NCBI GenBank assembly: GCA_951813555.1
Contig: OX638344.1
Coordinates: 1,823,076 to 1,887,075 of the forward strand
Direction of reading: 5' to 3'
Length of the DNA: 64,000 nt
Source of the DNA: an uncultured Acidimicrobiales bacterium
Lineage (GTDB): Bacteria > Actinomycetota > Acidimicrobiia > Acidimicrobiales > Bin134
Part shown: piece by piece, positions 33,372-42,650 of the stretch
Layout of the letters: each line of letters begins with the position of its first letter
How positions within the stretch are numbered: the first letter of the stretch is position 1
Notes under the pieces: generated by a model
Told to the model about the DNA's origin: nothing
The model's database searches: none
What the model saw: only the letters and a program-made list of their open reading frames with translations
Translations under genes and position numbers: made by a program

Positions 33372-35668
33372 GCACGGGAATGGCCACCGGTCCCGGCGCA
33401 CTGGACGGATTGCGGGTGGTGGACCACACCGACATGCGGGGAGCGCTGTGTGGCCGGGTGCTCGGCGATCTGGGGGCTGAGGTGATCCGCATACCGCCGG
33501 TTCCCGATCCAGTCGGGTTTGCCCACGCCCACCGCAACGCCAACAAGGCGGCTGGCGGTCCCGCCGAGCTGGAATCGCTGATTGCCGGCGCCGACCTGCT
33601 CATCGACAACACCGGCCTAGACCTGGACGAGCTGACCGACCGCCATCCCACTCTCGTGGTGGTGGCGCTGACCGACATGGGCCTCACCGGTCCCCGCTCA
33701 GGATGGAGGCTGGAGCCGCTGGCGGCGTTCGCCTCTTCCGGCGGGCACTTCCCGTCGGGCTTCAGGGACAAGTCCCCGTGCTGGCACCCCGGCTATCTGG
33801 CCCACGACTGCGCATCGGTGTTCGGCGCCCTCGGCGGGCTGGCCGCGGTGATGGACCGCCGTCGTCACGGTCGGGGCCAGGTGGTGGAGATCAGTGTGCA
33901 GGAGGCCGCCCTGTCCGGGCTCAATCCCTGGTCGGTGCTGATCCCCGACTATGTGCGCCACTTCCCCGAGCTGCCCGCAGAGGGCCGTCGCAGCGCCGAT
34001 GGGAACTACTGGATCTTTCCGGCCCGCGACGGCTGGGTGCGCACGGTGATCGGCACCCCCTACCAGTGGACCGGCTTCGTGGAATTGCTGGGCAACCCCG
34101 ACGCCCTGACCGGCCCGGAGTGGACCGACGGCGTCTTCAGGGGGAGAAACCGGGATGTCATCCACATGGTGGCTGATGCGATCATGTCGCAGCGAGACCG
34201 GTCCGATCTGTTCGAGCACGGCCTGGCCGCGGGCACCACCATCGGGATGATCCAATCGCCGCGCGAGTTCGCCACCCATCCGCAAGTTGTCGGACGGGGC
34301 TTCTTCCGCTACGACGTGGACGGTTCTGAGGGGCTGCCGGTGCCCGATGCCCCCTGGCGGTTGTCGAGCACACCCGCCGGAGTGAGAAAGCGCGCTCCGG
34401 CGGCAGGGGATGAGCCCGCCCGGTTCCGCGACCGCCTCGCCGACAGTCCGTGGGCACCATGCCCCTCCAACGGCTCAGACGATCGCAGCCAATTGCTGGC
34501 CGGAGTGCGGGTGGTGGAGTTCGGGATGGCCGCGGTGGTTCCCGAGGGCACCTGGATGCTGTCGGAATTGGGGGCCGATGTCATCAAGATCGAGTCGGTC
34601 GCCCACCCCGACTCGCTGCGCTTCGCGGGCCGGGGCGACCTCAACAAGGCCTTCCCGTTCAACGCCGAGAGCCGAGGGCGGCGTTCGGTGGCCCTGGATA
34701 TGACCACCGAGCGGGGCCGTGAGCTGGCCCTGGAACTGTTCATGGCCGCCGACGTGGTGGCGGAGAACCTGCGGGGCGGATCGCTGGACAAGCTCGGGCT
34801 GGGGTGGGACGACATGTCGGCCAGGCGGCCCGACCTGGTGTACGTGTGCTCGCAGGGCTACGGCCGGGGCGGGCCGATGGGGAAGATGCCGGCCTACGGT
34901 CCGCTCAACGCCAGCTTCGCCGGAGCCCACTGGCTGTGGAACCACGCCGATGTGCCGTATCCGTGCGGCACCACGCTGAACCATCCCGACCACATCGCCG
35001 GCAAGCTGCTGGCCGTGGCGGTGCTGGCCGCCCTCGACCACAAACAGCGCACTGGACAGGGCCAGCTCATCGACATGGCCCAAACCGAGGCCGCTGCCTA
35101 CCTCATCGGCGATGTGTACATGGCCGCGGCCGAAGCAGGGACCGACCCGGTGCCCCGCGGCAACCGCTCGGAGGAGGTCGCCCCCCACGACGTGTACCGG
35201 GCGGGTGGCGACGACGACTGGGTGGCGCTGGCCTGCCACGACGACGAGTCGTGGCAGCGGTGCTGCCAAGTCATAGGTGTGGAGAATCGCTGGCCCGCCA
35301 ACGCCGACCGGCTCGCCGATGTGGAAGCGGTTGACGCTGCGGTATCAGCCTGGATGGCCCAAGGCCTGGCCGCCGAGCGGGCCGAGCGGTTGCAGGCCGC
35401 CGGAGTGTCGGCCATGGCGGTGATGGGCCCCTTCGACCACCTGGGCGACGAGCATCTGGCCGCCCGCGGCGCCCTCGACGTGTTGGAGCACCCGGTGGTG
35501 GGCAAGGAAACCCATGTGGCCAACCCCATCCGCTTCAGCCGCCTGACCAAGCGTACCGCCGGCCCATCCCCCCTGCTCGGCGCCGACACCGTCGAGGTGC
35601 TGGGCGAAGTACTGGGCATCCCCCCTGAAGAAGTAGTAGCCCTCGCCGAGGCCGGCGTGTGCCGCTGA
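33368..35668 (+). CDS. Tandem-domain family III (CaiB/BaiF) CoA-transferase
   Basis: 766 aa with two N-terminal-type CoA-transferase signatures. The first is LDGLRVVDHTDMRGALCGRVLGDLGAEVIRI. The second, near aa 385, is LLAGVRVVEFGMAAVVPEGTWMLSELGADVIKIE. Confidence 0.8.
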   Translation: MSTGMATGPGALDGLRVVDHTDMRGALCGRVLGDLGAEVIRIPPVPDPVGFAHAHRNANKAAGGPAELESLIAGADLLIDNTGLDLDELTDRHPTLVVVALTDMGLTGPRSGWRLEPLAAFASSGGHFPSGFRDKSPCWHPGYLAHDCASVFGALGGLAAVMDRRRHGRGQVVEISVQEAALSGLNPWSVLIPDYVRHFPELPAEGRRSADGNYWIFPARDGWVRTVIGTPYQWTGFVELLGNPDALTGPEWTDGVFRGRNRDVIHMVADAIMSQRDRSDLFEHGLAAGTTIGMIQSPREFATHPQVVGRGFFRYDVDGSEGLPVPDAPWRLSSTPAGVRKRAPAAGDEPARFRDRLADSPWAPCPSNGSDDRSQLLAGVRVVEFGMAAVVPEGTWMLSELGADVIKIESVAHPDSLRFAGRGDLNKAFPFNAESRGRRSVALDMTTERGRELALELFMAADVVAENLRGGSLDKLGLGWDDMSARRPDLVYVCSQGYGRGGPMGKMPAYGPLNASFAGAHWLWNHADVPYPCGTTLNHPDHIAGKLLAVAVLAALDHKQRTGQGQLIDMAQTEAAAYLIGDVYMAAAEAGTDPVPRGNRSEEVAPHDVYRAGGDDDWVALACHDDESWQRCCQVIGVENRWPANADRLADVEAVDAAVSAWMAQGLAAERAERLQAAGVSAMAVMGPFDHLGDEHLAARGALDVLEHPVVGKETHVANPIRFSRLTKRTAGPSPLLGADTVEVLGEVLGIPPEEVVALAEAGVCR

Positions 35669-35696
35669 GCTGGAATCAAGCAATAGGAGAGCACGT

Positions 35697-36797
35697 ATGA
35701 AGGTCTTGGTGATGGGCGGTAGCCAGTTCAACGGCTACTCGCTTGTCATGGAACTGGTGAAGCATGGCCACGAGGTGACCGTGTTGAACCGGGGGCGCAC
35801 TGCGGTGGACTTTCCCCAGTCTGTGCGCCGGCTAGTGGCCGACCGCACCGATCACGGCCAGGTGCGGTCGGTGCTCGGCGGGGAGAGCTTCGACGCCGTC
35901 CAGGACATGAGCGCCTACCACCCCGCCGATGTGGAGCTGATGATTGACGTATTCGAGGGGCGCATCGGGCACTACATATTCGCCTCGTCCACCGTCATCT
36001 ACGCTTCCACCGACATCCTGCCCATCACCGAGGACCATCCGGTTGACCGCGGTCCCAGCCAGAACGAGTACGGGCTGCACAAGCTGCTGTGCGAGGACAT
36101 CCTGATCGACGCGTGGCGCAGCCGGGGCTTCCCAGCCACCATCGTGCCGTTCTCCATGGTGTTCGGCCCCCGCAACATCCTGGCCGATCGGGAACAGCGC
36201 ATGATCCTGCGGCTGCTGCGGGGACGACCAGTGCTGATCCCCGGCGACGGCACCACCGTGGGCCAGGTGGGCCATGTGGACGATCAGTCCCGCGCCCTGC
36301 GGATGATGATGCTTCAGCCCCAGACCTTCGGGAAGCGATACAACCTCACCGGCGGGACTTATCAGTCAGACGAGGGCTACGTGGACACTTTCGCCCAGGT
36401 GCTGGGCACCGACGCCGACAAGGTGTTCATCTCCGCTCCGGTGATGGACGACCTGTGGGACGGTGCCCTGGTGTTCGAGGAGGGTAAGGCCTCGCCGGTG
36501 AAGATCGACATCCGCAGCTCAGATGAGGCCCTGTCTAACGCCGACCAGACCCGGCGGAGGTTCAAGCTGGCTCAACTCGTGCAGCGGCTAGCCCCCAACC
36601 TCCACCGCTGGAACCGCAGCGTGGTCTTCTCCGTCGACCGCCTCCGGACCGACATCGGCTGGGAACCCGAGTACACCCTGGCCGGCATGGTCGACCACGT
36701 GTACCGCTGGATGGCCGCCGAAGGCCTCGACCAGAGCCTCGATCTGGATTTCACTTTCGAGGACCAGATCTTCGCTCACGTGCAAGACGGGGCCTGA
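35697..36797 (+). CDS. NAD-dependent epimerase/dehydratase family protein
   Basis: MKVLVMGGSQFNGYSLV Rossmann N-terminus with an aggaga SD. 366 aa. Confidence 0.75.
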   Translation: MKVLVMGGSQFNGYSLVMELVKHGHEVTVLNRGRTAVDFPQSVRRLVADRTDHGQVRSVLGGESFDAVQDMSAYHPADVELMIDVFEGRIGHYIFASSTVIYASTDILPITEDHPVDRGPSQNEYGLHKLLCEDILIDAWRSRGFPATIVPFSMVFGPRNILADREQRMILRLLRGRPVLIPGDGTTVGQVGHVDDQSRALRMMMLQPQTFGKRYNLTGGTYQSDEGYVDTFAQVLGTDADKVFISAPVMDDLWDGALVFEEGKASPVKIDIRSSDEALSNADQTRRRFKLAQLVQRLAPNLHRWNRSVVFSVDRLRTDIGWEPEYTLAGMVDHVYRWMAAEGLDQSLDLDFTFEDQIFAHVQDGA

Positions 36798-36824
36798 ACC
36801 GGCTGACGTATCGGCGGCGAACCC

Positions 36825-38135
36825 CTAGGGCGAGGCGCGCAGATTCTGGCGGATGCGCCAGATGAGGGTGCCAGCGGCAAGGACAGCTAGGCCGGTGAGC
36901 ACGGAAGTGCCGGGGAGGGTGACGGCCAGGGTGACGCAGCCGATGAAGCCGAGGGCGCTGAGGGTTCGGGGCCAGCGTCGCTGGGAGGCCGACAGAGTCC
37001 AGGCCGAGGCGTTGGTTACGGCGTAGTAGAACAGCACGCAGAATGAGCTGAAGCCAAGCACGCTGCGGAAGTCGGTGAGCGACACCAGCACGATCACCAC
37101 CGCGGCGGCGGCCAGTTCGGCGGAGTGGGGCACCTTGTAGGTGGGGTGGACTTTGGCCAGGAACCGGGGCAAGTCGCCTTCGGACGACATGGCGAACGTG
37201 GTGCGGCCCACCCCGGCGATGAGGGCGAGCAGCGCTCCCGCCGAGGCGATGGCCGCGCCCACGCGGACCACGGGAGTGAGCCCGCTCAACGACCCGTTGT
37301 CGGTGGCCGCGGCCAGGGGAGCGGTGGCGTCGGCCAGGAGCTCGGGGCCGACGGCTAGCAGGGCGGTGACGGCGACCGTGGCGTACACCATCAGGGTGAT
37401 GCCCAGTGCGGCGGGGATGGCCCGGGGAATGGTGCGGGCTGGATCCTTGATCTCCTCGCCCAGGGTGGCGATGCGGGCGTAGCCGGCGAAGGCGAAGAAC
37501 AACAGCCCAGCGGCTTCCAGGATCCCGTCGGCCCCGCCGCTGCCCCAGTCGGCCAGGTGGTCGGCATCGGTGGTGCCCCCGCCCACCGCCGCGGCCACCA
37601 CCAGCCCGAGGGCGATCAGCACCAGCGTGACGGTGACTCGGGTGGCCGCCGCGGTGCGGGTGATGCCCCGGAGGTTGATGGCCGTCACCACCACTACGGC
37701 GGCGATGCCCGCCAGCCGGGGCTGTGACGGCCAGGTGTAGGCCCCGAACGTGAGCGCAGTCACCGACAAGGTGGCCGACTTGCCGATCACGAACCCCCAA
37801 CCAGCACAGAATCCGGCCAGATGCCCCAGCCGCTGGCGCCCGTAGACATAGGTGCCCCCCGAGGCCGGATACAGGGCGGCAAGCTGCGCCGAGGAGGTGG
37901 CGTTGCAGAACGCCACCACGCCGGCCACCACCAGCCCGATCATCAGCCCCGACCCGGCGGCGGCCGCTGCCGGCCCGATGGCCGCGAAGACGCTGGCCCC
38001 GATCATCGACCCCAGTCCCATCACGATGGCGTCCCCGGTGCCCAGTCTCCGGACCAAACGGGTCGGCGGGCTGTTCACAGCCCAGCAGATTAGAGGGGTG
38101 GGGGAGGGGCTTGGCTCACTGTGCGACGAGACCAT
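36825..38135 (-). CDS. APC-superfamily amino acid permease
   Basis: 436 aa with about 12 TM segments. GDAIVMGLGSMIGASVFAAIGPAA N-terminal signature. The start may lie further downstream, because only 24 bp separate it from the divergent gene. Confidence 0.8.
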   Translation of the reverse strand: MVSSHSEPSPSPTPLICWAVNSPPTRLVRRLGTGDAIVMGLGSMIGASVFAAIGPAAAAAGSGLMIGLVVAGVVAFCNATSSAQLAALYPASGGTYVYGRQRLGHLAGFCAGWGFVIGKSATLSVTALTFGAYTWPSQPRLAGIAAVVVVTAINLRGITRTAAATRVTVTLVLIALGLVVAAAVGGGTTDADHLADWGSGGADGILEAAGLLFFAFAGYARIATLGEEIKDPARTIPRAIPAALGITLMVYATVAVTALLAVGPELLADATAPLAAATDNGSLSGLTPVVRVGAAIASAGALLALIAGVGRTTFAMSSEGDLPRFLAKVHPTYKVPHSAELAAAAVVIVLVSLTDFRSVLGFSSFCVLFYYAVTNASAWTLSASQRRWPRTLSALGFIGCVTLAVTLPGTSVLTGLAVLAAGTLIWRIRQNLRASP

Positions 38136-38159
38136 CGGTCGTCAGGCAGGATTGGGGGC

Positions 38160-39011
38160 ATGGCTGATGACCAGGTGACCTATGCGGCGGACGATGCGGT
38201 GGCGAAGATCACCTTGAACCGGCCGGATGTGTTCAACGCGCTGACCGATGAGATGTTCGATGAGATTGTGGCTTTCGTGCGCCAGGCCGAGGCCGACGAC
38301 GACGTCAAGTGCATCGTTTTGGCCGGAGCAGGACGGGGGTTCACCGCCGGGTTCGATCTGTCCAGCCCTGATGACTTCTACGGCGGGGCCGAGACCAAAG
38401 GCGGTCGGTTCGCCATTGCTGGTCTGCGCCGCCGGGCGTGGGTGATGCGCGACCTCCTGTACTCGGCCAAGCCCATCGTGGCCCGAGTTCACGGGCCGTG
38501 CATCGGCGCGGGGCTCTATTTGGTATTGGTGTGCGACTTTGCCGTGGTGTCTGATGACGCGACCTTCGGCCTGCCGGAGGAGCGGTTCGGCTCCGCGGGC
38601 ACCTCGTGGCTCTACCCCATGCTGGCCTCTCAGATCGGGTTGAAGCGGACCAACGAGCTAGTGGTGACCGGGCGCAAGTTCGACGCTGCTGAGGCCGAGC
38701 GGTTGGGACTGGTCAACCGGGTGGTGCCCCGAGATGAGCTAGACGAGGCGGTGGGCCAGCTAACCGGGGCGCTGGCCAGCCTGCCCCGCGACGGCATCGC
38801 CACCGGCCGTACGGTGGCCCACTTGGCCTACGACATGCTGGGCATCGGCCAGGCCTTCACCCCCCATTACGGCGTCCACCCTCTGTTCGTGATGGGCACC
38901 CGCCGCAGCCCCGACGAGTTCGACTTCCACGAGACATCGCGGGAGAAGGGCATGAAGGGCGCGCTGGCCGAGCGCGACGAGCGCTTCGGCGGGGACTACT
39001 GGGGCTGGTAG
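38160..39011 (+). CDS. Enoyl-CoA hydratase/isomerase family protein
   Basis: ATG 38160 (track 38121). VAKITLNRPDVFNAL and VLAGAGRGFTAGFDL. Confidence 0.8.
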   Translation: MADDQVTYAADDAVAKITLNRPDVFNALTDEMFDEIVAFVRQAEADDDVKCIVLAGAGRGFTAGFDLSSPDDFYGGAETKGGRFAIAGLRRRAWVMRDLLYSAKPIVARVHGPCIGAGLYLVLVCDFAVVSDDATFGLPEERFGSAGTSWLYPMLASQIGLKRTNELVVTGRKFDAAEAERLGLVNRVVPRDELDEAVGQLTGALASLPRDGIATGRTVAHLAYDMLGIGQAFTPHYGVHPLFVMGTRRSPDEFDFHETSREKGMKGALAERDERFGGDYWGW

Positions 39012-39922
39012 GCGGCCTTGGGCTGGTAGGGCACCGAGGGGTCGAAATAGGGGCGGTCGCCGTCCACGGTGCAGCGGCGCACCTCCCGGACCTGGGGATA
39101 GTGATCCGACACTCCCCGGTGGTTAGTGGATCGCTCGTCCCAGATGGCCAGGTCGCCCTCGGTCCACGACCACCGGCAGTGGAAACGGGGCTGGTTGATG
39201 TGGCGCAATAGGAAGTCGAGCAGGGCCGTGCTCTCGTCCTCCGTCAGGCCCACCACGTACTGCTGGAAATTGGTGGCCACATACAGCGCCCGTCGCCCGG
39301 TCTCGGGATGGGTGCGCACTAGAGGGTGCTCCACGCCGGGATAGGCCTCCCGCAACAGGGGCACCAGATCCCAGCTCCCCGACTTCTCGGCCATGCTGGT
39401 GCAGAACTGGGGATAGTTGGAGTGGTGCACCTCCAGCCCGTCGATCATGGCCCGCATCGGCTCCGACAGGGCGTCGTAGGCCGAGGTGATGCTGCACCAC
39501 ATGGTGTCACCGCCGTAGGGAGGAACGACGGTGGCTTGGAGCAGGGCGACCTTAGGGGGCACCTCGATCCAGGTCACGTCGGTGTGCCAATTGTCGGTGG
39601 TGGGCAGGCTGTCGGCGTCGTCGCGGATGACTGATGTAGACGGCTCGGTGGCCCCCAACACCGCCGACAGCGGGAAGATGCTGGGCTGGCCCCAGCGGGA
39701 GGCGAACTCCAGTTGGTCCTCGGCGCTCATGGGCACGTCGCGGAAGAAAATCACCTCGTGGCGGAGCAGCGCCTCGTGAACCTCGGCGAACTGCTGGTCG
39801 GTCAGGCCGTCTCGGGGGTCCACACCGGAGACCACCGCGCCCAGCGAGCCGCCGATCCGATCCACTTGGATGGTTTCGAATGACTCTTCAGCGTCGATGC
39901 CGGGGGTGAGGGTCATGGTCAT
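38996..39922 (-). CDS. TauD/TfdA family Fe(II)/2-oxoglutarate dioxygenase
   Basis: Track ORF 38996..40285 trimmed to ATG 39922 (MTMTLTPG...). Contains HEVIFFRDVPMS and WHTDVTW (H-x-D). Confidence 0.8.
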   Translation of the reverse strand: MTMTLTPGIDAEESFETIQVDRIGGSLGAVVSGVDPRDGLTDQQFAEVHEALLRHEVIFFRDVPMSAEDQLEFASRWGQPSIFPLSAVLGATEPSTSVIRDDADSLPTTDNWHTDVTWIEVPPKVALLQATVVPPYGGDTMWCSITSAYDALSEPMRAMIDGLEVHHSNYPQFCTSMAEKSGSWDLVPLLREAYPGVEHPLVRTHPETGRRALYVATNFQQYVVGLTEDESTALLDFLLRHINQPRFHCRWSWTEGDLAIWDERSTNHRGVSDHYPQVREVRRCTVDGDRPYFDPSVPYQPKAAYQPQ

Positions 39923-39971
39923 GGGGCTATTGTGCCATCTCGTCAGCGCCAAGCCGATGAGGAGGCACCTG

Positions 39972-40835
39972 ATGCGAACGATCTTGGACGGGCTCAACTT
40001 CTCCGAGGGACCCCGGTGGCATGACGGCGCCCTGTGGTTCTCCGACATGCACGCCCACCGGGTGGTGCGCACCGACCTCGACGGCAACGCCGAGACCGTT
40101 GCCGTGGTGGACTGGGACGACCCGTCGGGATTGGGCTGGCTGCCCGACGGCCGGCTGCTGGTGGTGGCCATGTCCACCCAGAAGCTGCTGCGCCAAGAGC
40201 CCGACGGCTCGATGGTCGAGCACGCCGACCTGTCACCGCTGGCCATCGGCGACATCAACGACATGATCGTGCGCTCCGACGGCACCGCCTATATCGGCGA
40301 CATGGGGCAGAAGATCCACGCGGGGGGCGAGCGGCGCACCGCCCAGACCCTGAGAGTGGCCCCCGACGGCACGGTCAGCGTGGGCGCCGACGGGATGGAA
40401 GCTCCTAACGGCCACATCCTGACCCCCGACGAGCAAACGCTGATCGTGGCCGAGAGCGCGGCCTTCCGACTCACCGCGTTTGACGTTGCCCCTGACGGCA
40501 CCCTGTCCAATCGGCGGGTCTACGCCGAGTTGGTGCCCGAATCCGACAGGGCGCCGGTGGCCCCGCCCGACGGCATCTGCCTCGACGCCGAAGGCGCGGT
40601 GTGGGTGGCCGATCCCCTGGGCCTTCGGGTATTCCGGGTGCTGCCCGACGGCGAAGTGACCGACTCCTACGACATGGCCCCCAAAGTCCCCGTTGCCTGC
40701 GTGCTGGGCGGCGACGACCGCCGCACGCTCTTGATCTGCGCCGCCGATGACTGGAAAAAGGAAGTAGTGACCGCGGCAAAAACGGGTTCCATCTACGCCA
40801 CCGCAGCCGTCGTCCCCGGCGTGGGAAAACCCTGA
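39972..40835 (+). CDS. SMP-30/gluconolactonase/LRE family protein
   Basis: ATG 39972 with a gaggagg SD (track 39870). LNFSEGPRWHDGALWFSDMHAHRV and PNGHILTPDEQTLIVAES. Confidence 0.8.
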   Translation: MRTILDGLNFSEGPRWHDGALWFSDMHAHRVVRTDLDGNAETVAVVDWDDPSGLGWLPDGRLLVVAMSTQKLLRQEPDGSMVEHADLSPLAIGDINDMIVRSDGTAYIGDMGQKIHAGGERRTAQTLRVAPDGTVSVGADGMEAPNGHILTPDEQTLIVAESAAFRLTAFDVAPDGTLSNRRVYAELVPESDRAPVAPPDGICLDAEGAVWVADPLGLRVFRVLPDGEVTDSYDMAPKVPVACVLGGDDRRTLLICAADDWKKEVVTAAKTGSIYATAAVVPGVGKP

Positions 40836-40856
40836 GCGTAGAGCGGCGGCTGTCCA

Positions 40857-42554
40857 ATGACCGCCGATCTTCGGCCGGTGATCGACAACGAGACCGACGA
40901 ATCCGCGCCCCTTCCCCATCGCAGGGTCCGGGGCCACTTTGCGGGCACTGACTATCGGTTCACTGTTTCGCTGCCCACCAGATGTCGGTACGAGCACCGG
41001 TTCTTCCAGAGTGTGTATCCGGTCGATGACGAAAACCCCGGCGATCGGGCCGTTGCTTTCGGTGCGGACTCAGGGGCCTACACCGTTCAAACCAACGCCG
41101 ATGGCGGCTATCTGGTGGACGCAGCCGCCGCCACATTCGCCAAGGATGTTGCCGCCCGACACTACGGCAGTTCCAAGCCCATTTTCGGCTACATCTATGG
41201 AGCGAGCGGAGGCTCTTACCAGACCATCGCCGCCATGGAGAACACCAGCGGGGTGTGGGCAGGAGGCGTCCCGCTGGTGATCGGCGCGATGACGTCCATA
41301 CCCAACAACTTCTTCATCCGAGCGTTCGCCCGACTCATCTTGTCGGAAAAGGCGCCGCTGATAGCCGATGCCGTTGCTCCTGGCGGCAGCGGTGATCCCC
41401 ACGCGGGCCTCGATCCGGTGGAGGCCGCGGTATTGCGGGAAGTGTCGGCCTTGGGAGTTCCCCTAGTGAGTTGGAACGACTATCGCTATGTGCTCGGTCT
41501 CGACGATGAGTCAGGGCTGATGCGGTTCGCCAGCACAGTAGAGGCGATCGACCCCTCGTACGCCGATGATTTTTGGAGTGAGCCCGGCTATCTAGGGACC
41601 GAAGACTCTCCGTTGGGCGACCGCTTTCGGGCGGCTCTGATCCAGGAGGAAGCCAAGGACGACGGCGAGCCTGAGCCCCCGATTGATGCCCGGTGGCGGC
41701 TGGCCCTTTGCGCCTTTCACCGCCACCAACTCCCGCCTCCGGGCGAGTTTTCCGGTTGGGATCAGTTCCGCGACCCCGATGGCCATCCCCGACATCCCCA
41801 GAGGGCAACCGAAATCGGGCCGCTGATCGGTGGTCAGGTCAGCGGGGGAGGAACCCACCACGGCCGGATCGCTGGGAAAGTCATCGTGGTGAACAGCCTC
41901 GTCGATGCCGATGCCTATCCCTGGCACGGCCACTGGTACGCCGCCCGCGTCCGGTCGGCTCTGGGATACGAAACCGATAACTGTTTTCGCCTGTGGTTTA
42001 CCGACAACGCCGATCATCACACCGGCCAGATAACAGAGGGCAAGGAACACTGGCTGGTTTCCTACGACGGGATAGTCCAACAGGCGCTTCGGGACGTGGC
42101 GGCCTGGGCGGAAAAGGGGGTGGCCCCTGCGGCATCAACGGCATATCGGCTGGAAGACGGGCAGATCCTTTTGGCCGACACCGCAGAAGAGCGCGGCGGA
42201 ATCCAACCTGTGGTAAGGCTGGAGGTCGCGGCTGATCCGAGTCGATCTCAGGCTCCTCATCGAGCAGATGCCGTGTCGGCCATAGTCGAACCAGGAGAGG
42301 AGGTGACGTTTCGGGCTGTTGTCGAAGTTCCTCCCGGCGGGGGAGAGGTGGTCGCACTTGAGTGGGATCCGTTGGGCCGGGGAGAGTTCTGCGACGCCTC
42401 TCTGGTCGAGGATGGGTGGTCCACCACCCACCGATTCACCGAGGCTGGCGTGTTTTTCCCCGTGTTGCGGGCCACAACTCATCGTCAAGGCAATCCTGCC
42501 GCGTCAATTGCCCGGGTGCAGAATCTCAGCCGGGTTCGAGTCTCGGTCCAATGA
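40857..42554 (+). CDS. Hypothetical serine-hydrolase-like protein with C-terminal Ig/PKD-like region
   Basis: 565 aa. A G-x-S-x-G element sits in YIYGASGGSYQTIA. The C-terminal ~90 aa are beta-rich (EEVTFRAVVEVPPGGGEVVALEWDPLG). I cannot confidently recognise a family. Confidence 0.35.
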   Translation: MTADLRPVIDNETDESAPLPHRRVRGHFAGTDYRFTVSLPTRCRYEHRFFQSVYPVDDENPGDRAVAFGADSGAYTVQTNADGGYLVDAAAATFAKDVAARHYGSSKPIFGYIYGASGGSYQTIAAMENTSGVWAGGVPLVIGAMTSIPNNFFIRAFARLILSEKAPLIADAVAPGGSGDPHAGLDPVEAAVLREVSALGVPLVSWNDYRYVLGLDDESGLMRFASTVEAIDPSYADDFWSEPGYLGTEDSPLGDRFRAALIQEEAKDDGEPEPPIDARWRLALCAFHRHQLPPPGEFSGWDQFRDPDGHPRHPQRATEIGPLIGGQVSGGGTHHGRIAGKVIVVNSLVDADAYPWHGHWYAARVRSALGYETDNCFRLWFTDNADHHTGQITEGKEHWLVSYDGIVQQALRDVAAWAEKGVAPAASTAYRLEDGQILLADTAEERGGIQPVVRLEVAADPSRSQAPHRADAVSAIVEPGEEVTFRAVVEVPPGGGEVVALEWDPLGRGEFCDASLVEDGWSTTHRFTEAGVFFPVLRATTHRQGNPAASIARVQNLSRVRVSVQ

Positions 42555-42650
42555 TGAACTGCCAACTGCTTCTAGCGGCCCAAGCATCGGTGCCGTACAT
42601 TCGCACGTATTCGCACAGCGTCTGCCATCTTCCACTACAGGGAACAAGTC

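Noticed and set aside
42530-42546. tRNA T-arm-like element ccggg-ttcgagt-ctcgg near the start of the lower-GC block (possible att-site remnant)
   Set aside because: It lies inside the 3' end of CDS 40857..42554. I could not build a matching acceptor stem (cattgga is absent upstream) or D/anticodon arms. A single 17-nt T-arm-like hairpin can arise by chance.
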